The notes under the pieces: generated by a model | What the model was told of the DNA's origin: nothing | Databases searched by the model: none | What the model saw: only the letters and a program-made list of their open reading frames with translations | Shown: positions 12,510 through 24,500 of the stretch, piece after piece | Layout: the number at the start of each line of letters is the position of its first letter | How positions within the stretch are numbered: the stretch's first letter is position 1 | Position numbers and translations under genes: made by a program | Assembly: GCA_026914245.1 (NCBI GenBank) | Contig: CP110440.1 | Coordinates: forward strand, 2,666,001-2,730,000 | Source: Puccinia triticina | Lineage: Eukaryota | DNA length: 64,000 nt | Direction: 5' to 3'

Positions 12510-12966
12510 TGTGAGGACTCGGCTACTACTCAGTTTGCTATATAAGGCTATGAAACTATCCAAGAGGATAGTTCGCCGATGCTTGAGTAATAACTAAGAA
12601 TATAGTTCTATGCGATTGCAATAGAAGAAAGATTCACAATGATAATGTAGTCTTTCCGAGTGTTTTTGAGATTTCTCGGATACACGAAGATGATAGTGAT
12701 GGATGAAATGAAAAAGAATATATCGATGGGGAAAAGAAGAGAAAGGGAAAAGAGGAAAACATGAAAACCACAGAAAGATAACAATAAGAATTCAAACCAA
12801 ACCAACAAAGGATCGTGAAAGAGATACGTCATGATCATTTGGATAATCTCAATTAATCCACCATTAGGATTAGTAACCCAAAGCGCATGACAGGAGATTT
12901 GCCAATCAACAAATTAGCCGGATGAATAAGCATTTGCCGCCCAGTAACAAAGAACAAGACGTTACA
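12510..12966 (-). repeat. 3' LTR of gypsy element 12510-33966
   Basis: tgtgaggactc...gacgttaca; near-identical to 33510-33966. Confidence 0.97.
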
Positions 12967-12988
12967 AAATAAGCTTGCCCTATTTCCC

Positions 12989-15900
12989 TTAAACCTCAAT
13001 GTCAGCGCCCGATTTTGTATTCCTTACCTTTCGTTTCTTCTGGATTTCCGCTGTTCTACGAAAAGCCTGCAAAGAAGAATCAGCAGATACCGGGATATGA
13101 TTCTCTGAAACCCATGTATCTTCCCCCGGCGTAGAACCCTTCCATGATATGAGATAATCAAATTTACCCTTCTTCGCGCTACAAACATCTAAAACAGACT
13201 TGAATTTTGACCAATCCACAACCTGGCTGTCAGTATAATAGCGCTCCTTTACACCCAAATCAGCAGAACTCCCCTCCACAGAGTTAGGGCTTATATATTG
13301 TGTCAACAAAGAAACATTGAAGACCGGATGAAGCTTTGGATAATCCTTAGAAAGATCCAACATTACCGCATTGCGACCAACCATTTTAACCACCTTGAAA
13401 GGACCAATAAACCTATAATCAAGCTTTGCATTAATGCGCCGAGACTGAATAAATTTGCGCAGAAGCAAAACCTCGTCGCCTTCTTGATAAACCGGCGCTT
13501 CTTTCTTACCCTTATTGTAGTACTCAGCCTGTTTGACCCTTGCTTGATGCAAACATTCCATTGCCGTCTCTTGCGTTACCTGCAAGTCTACCAAAAATTC
13601 GTCCAAGTTTTTTCTTCCTGTATTCTCAGTTAGCACATTAAACCTCGGATGGAAACCATAAGTAAAGAAAAATGGGGAAATTTTTGTGCTCGCCGAGTCC
13701 AAATTATTTATAGAAAACTCCGCCATCTCTAGGCATTTGTGCCAGTCGTCCTGATAATATGAACAAAAGTGTCAAAGATAATCTTCCACTGCTTGGTTCA
13801 TTCGTTTGGTTTGCCCATCCGTCTGTGGATGATAAGCCGTCGACAAGGCCGGAAGTATACTCAAAGACTTCAACAAAGCCTTCCAAAAATCGCTTACAAA
13901 CGTAGAACCCCGGTCCAAAACTATCTTATCGGGAAGACCATGTAAACGAAAAATATTCTTTCTAAATAAATCAGCCAAAACCGCCAATGACGACGCCTCC
14001 TTACAAGGAATAAAGTGGGTCAGTTTGCTCAGAAGATCAATCACAACCAAAATGGAGTCGAACCCCCCCGAAGTTGGTAACTTAACAATCATGTCCATCC
14101 CAATCACGCTCCAAGGCTTCGGATTAGCAATTATGGAAACCAACTTTCTGTCTGCCGCTTGCCGCCAAGCCTTTACCCGCTGACATGAATCACAGCTGTT
14201 GATGTACTTGATAAATCCTTTATTCCCGGCCAAGAAAAGGTTCGCGTCAACGTCGACAACGTCCTAGCAATACCCGGATGACCTACAGTAGGCGAATCAT
14301 GATAAAGAGCAATCAATCGCGTTCTCAACGCCGCCGGAACTAAAATCCTATCCCGATGCCAATAAACATTGTTAGCAAACCGCAAAAATTTCCCCGTCTT
14401 CTCAGCCTCAGTGTAACTTTTACCAAAATAATCTAACAACTCTTTTGAAGGCCGCTGGAAAAACAAATCGTGAGACGTAAAAGGGGATAAGTCATCTGTA
14501 GACGCCATCTCACAAGCCACCATCCGCCCCGAAATTAGATTAGCGTCAGTACTTCTGATTCTCTCTTCAAAGTAATCTTCTCAACGGCTCGGCCCGTCCG
14601 CCGGGTTCTTATAACCTAAAATATGATAAATCAGCATATTAAAGTTATCTAGAAACAAAGCCCACCTCGCCTGTTTAGGCAATAAATACTTAGCTGTCTT
14701 GAAGTAAAGCATATTTGAGTGATCTGAAAACATTTTTACTGGATTCTCCGTACCCATCAACCACGCTTGCCACTCTTGGCAAGCAGAAACGATCGCCAGG
14801 AGCTCCAAATCAAACACCTTCCATGATTGCTCCCGCTCCGTCAGCTTCCTCAAAAAGTAACTGACAGGAAGAACATCCCCTGCCTCATTCGGCTGACTTA
14901 AAACTGCCGCCATATCATAGCCAGAGCTGTCGACATGTACAATTCTATCCTGTGCGAAGTTAAAATGCAAAAGAAGGGGTTCATTAACAAACAAAGACTT
15001 CAAAGATTTGAATGCCCGAACAGCCTCCTCTGAATTCAACATAGTCGAATCACTATACTTCTCCTGTGTCAAAGTTGTTAAAGGCCCCGCCACAGTAGAA
15101 AACCGTGGTATGAAGTGTCGATAAAAATTCGTAAAACCTAAAAACTTTTGCAACCCTCTTACCGTAGCCAGAAAAGGCCACTGCTCAATTGTCAACAGCT
15201 TACTTCCATTCATCTTTAAACCCTTATCTGTAATGTCAAACCCCAAAAATGTTACCTTAGAGCAAAAGAATTCACACTTCGCCAACAAAGCTTTAAGAGA
15301 AAATTCCCGCAGCTTTTGCAAAATGTTATCTAAATCCATCAAATGCTTGTCCCTAGTTTTGGAAAAAATTAAAATGTCGTCAATATAGACGAAACAACAT
15401 ACATCCAAAAACTCCTGCAACACGTGTTGAATGAATCGTTGAAAAGTGGCAGGAGCATTAGCTAGCCCAAACGGCATAACTTGATATTTGTACAAACCCC
15501 AGGGTGTTCGGAAAGCGGTTTTCCATTTGTCACCCTCCGCGACACAAAGCAGATTGAAGGCTGCCTTCAAGTCTATTTTAGACAAAAACTTACAACCCTG
15601 CAGATTATTTAGAAGGTGCGCGATAACTGGTAAAGGATAAGAATCCCTTACCGTCATGTTATTCAAAAACCTATAATCAACGCAAGTTTGGTTAGCCTTT
15701 CCCGGAACCTTCACATAGAATATTGGAGCAGCAGCCGGGGAAGAAGAAACCCTAATGAAACCTTTAGCTAAATTATCGTCTACGTATGTTCTGAGCTCAT
15801 CCCGCTCCGGCTTACTCAGATTATACATCTTACCAAAAGGTGGCTTGGCTCCATCCTTCAGATTAATCTTGCAATCAAACTGACCCCTGTGCGGTGGCAA

Positions 15901-16344
15901 ATTGGCCAAAGACTCAGTTACAAAGACGTCAGAAAACTTCTCCGTAAGACTTTGCGATTCTTTGCAAGACAAATCATCAATTTCTTGTATACAGTCATAC
16001 ATTACGATATCTCCACTAGATCCTCCTACGAAAGAACCAGAGTCTCTTAACCATGAGTTTCCTAAGATAACATTTGCCGAAGCTAACTTGGTTAAATACA
16101 GTACAACATGAGAGGAAAGAAAGGAACCGAAAACCGTGGGGATAATAACATATCCTTTTGCATAGGAATTGATTTCTCCCGAGGACGCCAGAGAACCGTC
16201 AAAAGACTTGCAACGCAAGCCCACCGCCATCGGGAATATTTCCATTTTAACCTTGTTAGCGTAATCAGAATCAATGAACAAAGCCGAAGCACCGGAGTCA
16301 ACCAACACATTTACATCAGCTTTGTTTTTATTATTTATCAGCAA
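12989..16344 (-). pseudogene. pol: gypsy pol (protease, RT, RNase H, integrase, chromodomain), broken by stops and frameshifts
   Basis: LVDSGAS (protease); MPFGLANAPATFQ and VYIDDILIFS (RT); HVDSSG...ELLAIV (RNase H); HDSP...GHPG...CDSCQ and AYHPQTDGQT (integrase); GPFKV; DYLISWKG...DTWVSE (chromodomain). Split over four ORFs. Confidence 0.95.
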
Positions 16345-16683
16345 ACTACCACGAAAAAACAGACGATTATCCGGTCAAGGAGTTTTAACGACTAAGTATG
16401 ATTGCTTACAATCCGAGGCATTCATCTTTTCCGCCAAACAAGCGTTAAAGAAAACCTGCCCAGCCAACATATCCTCCATATTAACCATTTCCGCCAATAA
16501 CACCGGATCAGCGTCATCTCCGCGAGCGCTTGCCGCTCTTTTCTTGAAGGGTAAACCGTCAACTTCTGCCAAAGATTGCCGTTTCTTGCCTTTGTCTTCT
16601 CGGTGAACTGGCGAAGTCGTACCACTTCGACTCGCTTGTGCTCGAACAGCAGACAAAGTTGAAGGACGCCTGACCCCTTCCGG

Positions 16684-17489
16684 TGTGGTAGACGGAAAAG
16701 TGAAAAATCAAAAGTTTTTTCTCATACATATATTTACTCACAACACGCCTCAAGATACCATCAAACAGAACTCAGAAATGGATTCTGCGGCTAATTTTAC
16801 CCCTAGTCACCACTGGAAGCATCACCTGAACCCCGCTGGATTGGAACCTACACTTCTTTGGACACTGGACACCCATCACACGTTCAACATACCCAGTCAC
16901 CAGCCTGTCACAAGCCTCAAATCAAGGATCACAGCATTATGCTTATACACATCACAGGATACAAACATACATCTCCCCATCAGACTACAGTCATTACATA
17001 TTATCAAGTACTCTTCTATTTCCATATTATGATGTCATCACACACTGACTCTGCAGCCTCAGAATTCATTTATGCACCCCCTGCATCCACCTGTCAACTC
17101 ATGCAGTCTACTGTCACTTTACGCAGCCTTCATGCGGCCCTACTGCATTCTTATGACATCATTTATGTACTCTAGACACAGTATGACATCATTTGTATCT
17201 ACTCCCACCAGCTAAAATCCCTCACACTGTTGTCTAGATTAGCTGAAACCCTAACCCACAAGCCCTCTGGGGCTCCACTTTTGTCTATATAAGGAGCTCT
17301 CTCCTCCCCAGTTGTCAGCTCCTCAGTTCATTACTCACCAATCACAGTCACCCCAACATTTACAGTTACAGCCTTATATATACTTAACAACCTACATACA
17401 TAACAACCCTTACATTAACAATAAACAAAAATTTATTCAGTGTCATCAACAAGCTCATCTTGAACCAACCCACCCTATCACTTCATTAA

Positions 17490-17521
<32 letters not shown>

Positions 17522-17611
17522 ATCTGATAGTATAGAAGGGCAGAGTTTGCACCTCCTTCATCCCCTTCTCCATTCAGCAAAAGGTTCTCAGGAACACTTT
17601 TGAGTCTTACA
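16684..17611 (+). mobile_element. Solo LTR (928 bp) of a different family inserted in the gypsy gag region
   Basis: TG...CA ends (tgtggtag...tcttaca) with TSD CCGG at 16680-16683 and 17612-17615. Removal restores ...DLKSSPEGVRRP.... TATA-like tatataag at ~17286 and aataaa at ~17420 suggest plus orientation. Confidence 0.8.
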
Positions 17612-18548
17612 CCGGAGACGATTTAAGGTCACCTCGCTTCTTCGCCTTGCTCCTTCGCGTTGACCCCCCCCATTCCTTCCATAACGCCAACATATCAGAC
17701 AGATCCATCTTCATTTCGGCGCCAAGAGTACAACCCTGTTTGAGGTAATGAGAATTGTCGTAAGTACCCCCACACCGAATACAAATATTATGATCCACGC
17801 AAGCTTGACGGAAGTCCTTGTAGTTGAAATCTGCCTCTTTCAACAGCGCCAAAACCTCGTCGACATCCATAGGATCTCCATCTGGCAGCTTGACACGCTG
17901 AGGATGCAAAATTGTTGGTTGAGGATTGACCCAAGCCCGATTTTCCCCCGGAGGATGATTTCAATGATCCTGACCAGCGTGAGAGGGACCCTGTTTTTGA
18001 TTGGAACGTGGGTCGAGGATCTTACTGACACCGGAGACATTCTTAGCCACGACCTTGGCGATAGCTTGACGAGAATCCAAATCAACCGCCTCATCCCATT
18101 GTCCTCGAAAAAGCGCCAACTTGATTATGTTCGGATCAATTGCCTTGTCATAGGCTACACATTTCAAACGGTCATTCAATTGTAAGGGTCGCAGCAAGGA
18201 TTTGAAGATAATATTAAATTCCTCAATAGACTTGTTTCCCTGGCAAGCCGCATGAAAAGCCACTTCTGCACGTTCTAACTTGTGATGATCCTTGAACGTG
18301 TGTTTGATGGCACCAATAAAAGCCTCACAATCCCACAACTCGTTAAGAACATAATCCATTTTTGCAGAGGCCAGCAAAGTCGGTAAATTGAGAGCCGATG
18401 CGTTCTCAGCAAGCAATCCTCGCCACCAAACATACGACGGAACACTTTTGTCCATGCGACCTGTGTCTGACGGAAAATAACCGGAGATCCAAAGAATCTT
18501 CTGCTTCTCCAAATTGAACTGATCGCCGATTTGCTCAAATGTGTTTCT
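17612..18548 (-). pseudogene. gag: gypsy gag, central and C-terminal part with zinc knuckle
   Basis: ORF 17961-18557 has the QGNKSIEEF retrotransposon-gag motif. ORF 17607-17909 has GDPMDVD and CIRCGG...H...C. Confidence 0.85.
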
Positions 18549-21500
18549 CACTACCAAGGTGGATGAATTTGCAATGTTGTATATTGATCAATATAGCGTA
18601 TATTGATCAATTTATATTGATCAATATAGCGTATATTGATCAATTTATATTGATCAATTTTTTTTTATTCCTCTTGATACCTTTGTCTGTGTTCCATGTC
18701 TCCTTAATACTCTTCTATACTCTATCTCCTTCCCCTGTATTTGCTTCAAGCCACAGGAATCTTTTTTTTTTTCTGATAACATTCATAAATTTATACATAC
18801 ACCATTCAATTCTACATGAAAAAAATACACTGCAAGGTTCAGGATTAATCCAGAGTGGCTGAGGGGGATCAATTTTTTTTCTTGTTTTTTTGACTTCAAC
18901 AATTGATGTTATCAGAAGTCTCCAAATCTACTTTTTTCAAAAAAGGAAAGACATTGACCCCTGACCTCTATCAGTATCATGATACAATCCTGCACACATT
19001 GCTAATTTGAGTGGTTGAACTTCCTGAAGATATTGCACATCATACTTGAAGTGCTACATGCATAGAAGGCCTTTTTGAAATTAGTTTACCATGGTTTAGC
19101 ATATTTTTGTCAGGTTCTTTTTTTTATCAACGTTTGTTGTCAGCCACAGATTAATGAGGAATATTTCCACATAAAATTTCATCGGACAATTTTTCTGCAT
19201 AGAAAACCCAGAAATATTGTGTTTGGGGTCACATCCATTATGCAGCAGCTACAGTCTGATCAGTTCACAAATATCACTACTTTGGTAGTTTCTTGGTGTT
19301 TCTGCCACTATATCTCATCCCAGTGTGGGAATCCTTCTGCCATATGGTTACCGAAATGGTTGGAGGCCCCTCAAGATTGATGATGTACCTTTAATGACCA
19401 CAAAACCCCCAAATGTAGCAGCTACAGTCTGATCAGTTCCCAAATATCACTACTTTGGTATTTCTTGGTGTTTCTGCCACTATATCTCATCCCAGCGTGG
19501 GAATACTTCTGCCATATGGTTACCAAAATGTTGAGAAGCCCCCAAAGATTCATTATGTACCTTTACTGACCAGAAAACCCCCAAATATAGCAGCTACAGT
19601 CTGATCTGTTCCCAAATATCACTACTTTGGTATTTCTTGGTGTTTCTGCCACTATATCTCATCCCAGCGTGGGAATAATTCTGCCACATGGTTACCAAAA
19701 TATTATATAGCCCCCAAAGATTCATTATGTACCTTTACTGACCACAAAACGTCCAAATGTAGCAGCTACAATCTGATCAGTTCCCAAATATCACAACTTT
19801 GGTAGTTTCTTGGTGTTTCTGCCACTATATCTCATCCCAGCATGGGAATACTTCTGCCATATGGTTACAAAAAGGTACATAATGAATCTTTGGGGGGTTC
19901 TCAACATTTTGGTAACCATATGGCAGAAGTATTCCCACGCTGGGATGAGATATAGTGGCAGAAACACCAAGAAACTACCAAAGTTGTTATGTTTGGGAAC
20001 TGATCAGACTTTAGCTGCTACATTTGGAGGTTTTGTGGTCATTAAAGGTACATAATGAATCTTTGGGGGTCTGCTAACATTTTGGTAACCATATGGCAGA
20101 AGGATCCTCCAGCTGGGGTGGAATATAGTGGCAGAAACACCAAGAAACTACCAAAGTTGTGATATTTAGGAACTGATCAGACTGTAGCTGCTACATTTGG
20201 GGGTCTTCTGGTGACTTAAGGTCCATAATGAATCCTTGGGGGCCTGTAAGCATTTTGGTAACCATATGGCAGAAGGATCCTCAAGCTGGGATGAGATATA
20301 GTGGTAGAAACACCAAGAAACTACCAAAGTAGTGATATTTGGGAACTGATCAGACTGTAGCTGCTAAATTAGGGGGCCTTGTGGTGACTTAAGCTCCATA
20401 AAAAATCCTTGGGGGCCTGTCAACATTTTATTAACCATATGTCAGAAGGATTCCCACGCTGGGATGAGATATAGTGGCAGAACCACCAAGAAACTACCAA
20501 AGTAGTGATATTTGGAAACTGATCAGACTGTAGCTGCTACATTTGGGGGTCTTGTGGTGACTTAAGGTCCATAATGAATCATTCGGGGCCTTTCAACATT
20601 TAGGTAACCATACATCAGAAGGATTCCCATACTGGGATGAGATATAGTGGCAGAAACACAAAGAAACTACCAAAGTAGTGATATTTGGGAACTGATCAGA
20701 CTGTAGCTGCTACATTTGGGGGCCTTGTGGTTAATCAAGCTCCATAATGAATCCTTGGGGGCCTTTCAACATTTTGGTAACCATATGGCAGAAGGCTTCC
20801 CACGCTGGGATGAGATATAGTGGCAGAAAACCAAGAAACTACCAAAGTAGTGATATTTGGGAACTGATCAGACTGTAGCTGCTACATTTGGGGGCCTTGT
20901 GGTGACTTAAGGTCCATAATGAATCCTTGGGGGCCTGTCAACATTTTGGTAACCATATGGCAGAAGTATTCCCACGCTGGGATGAGATATAGTGGCAGGA
21001 ACACCAAGAAACTACCAAAGTTGTTATGTTTGGGAACTGATCAGACTTTAGCTGCTACATTTGGAGGTTTCGTGGTCATTAAAGGTACATAATGAATCTG
21101 TGGGGGTCTGCTAACATTTTGGTAACCATATGGCAGAAGGATCCTCCAGCTGGGGTGAGATATAGTGGCAGAAACACCAAGAAACTACCAAAGTTGTGAT
21201 ATTTAGGAACTGATCAGACTGTAGCTGCTACATTTGGGGGTCTTCTGGTGACTTAAGGTCCATAATGAATCCTTGGGGGCCTTTAAGCATTTTGGTAACC
21301 ATATGGAAGAAGGATTCCCACGCTGGGATGAGATATAGTGGCAGAAACACCAAGAAACGACCAAAGTAGTGATATTTTGGAACTGATCAGACTGTAGCTG
21401 CTACATTTGGGTATTTTATGGTGACTAAAGGTACATAATGAATCTTTGGGGTCCTTATAACATTTTGGTAACCATATGTCAGAAGCATTCCCACGCTGGG

Positions 21501-24500
21501 ATGAGATATAGTGGCAGAAACACCCAGAAACTACCAAAGTAGTGATATTTGGGAACAGATCAGACTGTAGCTGCTACATTTGGGGGTCTTGTGGTGACTT
21601 AAGGTCCATAATGAATCCTTGGGGGCCTTCCAACATTTAGGTAACCATACGTCAGAAGGATTCCCTCGCTGGGGTGAGATATAGTGGCAGAAAACCAAGA
21701 AACTACCAAAGTAGTGATATTTGGGAACTGATCAGACTGCAGCTGCTACATTTGGGGGTCTTGTGGTGACTTAAGGTCCACAATGAATCCTTGTGGGCCT
21801 GTCAACATTTTGGTAACCATATGTCAGAAGGATTCCCACGCTGGGATGAGATATAGTGGCAGAAACACCAAGAAACTACCAAAGTAGTGATATTTGGGAA
21901 CTGATCAGACTGTAGCTGCTACATTTGGGGGTTTTGTGTTGACTAAAGGTATATAATGAATCTTTGGGGGCCTGCAAACATTTTGGTAACCATATGTCAG
22001 AAGGATTCCCACACTGGGATCAGATATAGTGGCAGAAACATCAAGAAACTACCAAAGTGAGGATATTTGGGAACTGATCAGACTGTAGCTGCTACATTTG
22101 GGGGTCTTGGGGTGACTTAAGGTCCAGAATAAATCCTTGGGGGCCTTTCAACATTTTGGTAACCATACGTCAGAAGGATTCCCTCGCTGGGATGAGATAT
22201 AGTGGCAGAGACACCAAGAAACTACCAAAGTAGTGATATTTGGGAACTCATCAGACTGTAGCTGCTACATTTGGGGGTTTTGGGGTGGATAAATGTACTT
22301 AATGAATCTTTGGGGGTCTGCCAAGATTTTGGTAACCATATGGCAGAGGGATTCACACGCTGGGATGAGATATAGTGGCAGAAACACCAAGAAACTACCA
22401 AAGTAGTGATATTTGGGAACTGATCAGACTGTAGCTGCTAAATTTGGGGGTTTTGTGTTGACTAAAGGTATATAATGAATCTTTGGGGGCCTGCAAACAT
22501 TTTGGTAACCATATGTCAGAAGGATTCCCACACTGGGATGAGATATAGTGGCAGAAACATCAAGAAACTACCAAAGTGAGGATATTTGGGAACTGATCAG
22601 ACTGTAGCTGCTACATTTGGGGGTCTTGGGGTGACTTAAGGTCCATAATGAATCCTTGGGGGCCGTGAACATTTTGGTAACCATATGGCAGAAGGATTCC
22701 CACGCTGGGATGAGATATAGTGGCAGAAAACCAAGAAACTACCAAAGTAGTGATATTTGGGAACTGATCAGACTGTAGCTGCTAGATTTGGGGGTCTTGT
22801 GGTGACTTAAGGTCCATAATGAATCCTTGGGGGCCAGTAAACACTTTGGTAACCATATGGCAGAAGGATTTCCACGCTGGGATGAGATATAGTGGCAGAA
22901 ATACCCAGAAACTACCAAAGTAGTGATATTTGGGAACTGATCAGACTGTAGCTGCTACGTTTCAGGGTTTTGTGGTGACTAAAGTAGATAATGAATCTTT
23001 GAGGGTCTGCCAAAATTTTGGTAACCATATGTCAGAAGGATTCCCACGCTGGGATGAGATATAGTGGTAGAAACACCCAGAAACTACCAAAGTAGTGATA
23101 TTTGGGAACAGATCAGACTGTAGCTGCTACATTTGGGGGTTTTGTGGTCAGTAAAGGTACATAATGAAGCTTTGGGGGCCTGTAAACATTTTGGTAACCG
23201 TATGGCAGAAGGATTCCCACGCTGGGACGAGATATAGTGGCAGAAACACCAAGAAACTACCAAAGTGAGGATATTTGGGAACTGATCAGACTGTAGCTGC
23301 TACATTTGGGGGTCTTGGGGTGACGTAAGGTCCATAATGAATCCTTGGGGGCCTGTCAACATTTTGGTAACCATGTGGCAGAAGGATACCCACGCTGGGA
23401 CGAGATATAGTTGCAGAAACACCAAGAAACTACCAAAGTGAGGATATTTGGGAACTGATTAGACTTTAGCTGCTACATTTGGGGGTCTTGGGGTGACTTA
23501 AGGTCCATAATGAATCCTTGGGGGCTCTTCAACATTTTGGTAACCATATGTCAGAAGTATTCCCACGCTGGGATGAGATATAGTGGCAGAAACACCAAGA
23601 AACTACCAAAGTAGTGACATTTTGGAACTGATCAGACTGTAGCTGCTAGATTTGGGGGTCTTGTGGTGACTTAAGGTCCATAATGAATCCTTGGGGGCCC
23701 GTAAACACTTTGGTAACCATATGGCAGAAGGATTCCCACGCTGGGATGAGATATAGTGGCAGAAATACCCAGAAACTACCAAAGTAGTGATATTTGGGAA
23801 CTGATCAGACTGTAGCTGCTACGTTTCAGGGTTTGTGGTGACTAAAGTAGATAATGAATCTTTGAGGGTCTGCCAAAATTTTGGTAACCATATGTCAGAA
23901 GGATTCCCACGCTGGGATGAGATATAGTGGTAGAAACACCCAGAAACTACCAAAGTAGTGATATTTGGGAACAGATCAGACTGTAGCTGCTACATTTGGG
24001 GGTTTTGTGGTCAGTAAAGGTACATAATGAAGCTTTGGGGGCCTGTAAACATTTTGGTAACCGTATGGCAGAAGGATTCCCACGCTGGGACGAGATATAG
24101 TGGCAGAAACACCAAGAAACTACCAAAGTGAGGATATTTGAGAACTGATCAGACTGTAGCTGCTCCATTTGGGGGTCTTGGGGTGACGTAAGGTCCATAA
24201 TGAATCCTTGGGGGCCTTTCAACATTTTGGTAACCATATTTCAGAAGGATTCCCACGCTGGGATGAGATATAGTGGCAGCAACACCAAAAAACTACCAAA
24301 GTAGTGATATGTGTGAACCCATTAGACTTTAGCTGCTACATTTGGTGGTTTTGTGGTGACTAAAGGTACATAATAACTCTTTGGGGGCACGTCAACATTT
24401 TGGTAACCATATGTCAGAAGGATTCCCACGCTGGGATGAAATATAGTGGCAGAAACACCAAGAAACTACCAAAGTAGTGATATTTGGGAACTGATCAGAC

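Noticed and set aside
12608..12838. Hydrophobic 76-aa ORF duplicated at 33608-33838
   Set aside because: It lies inside the LTRs and reflects their T-rich strand composition.
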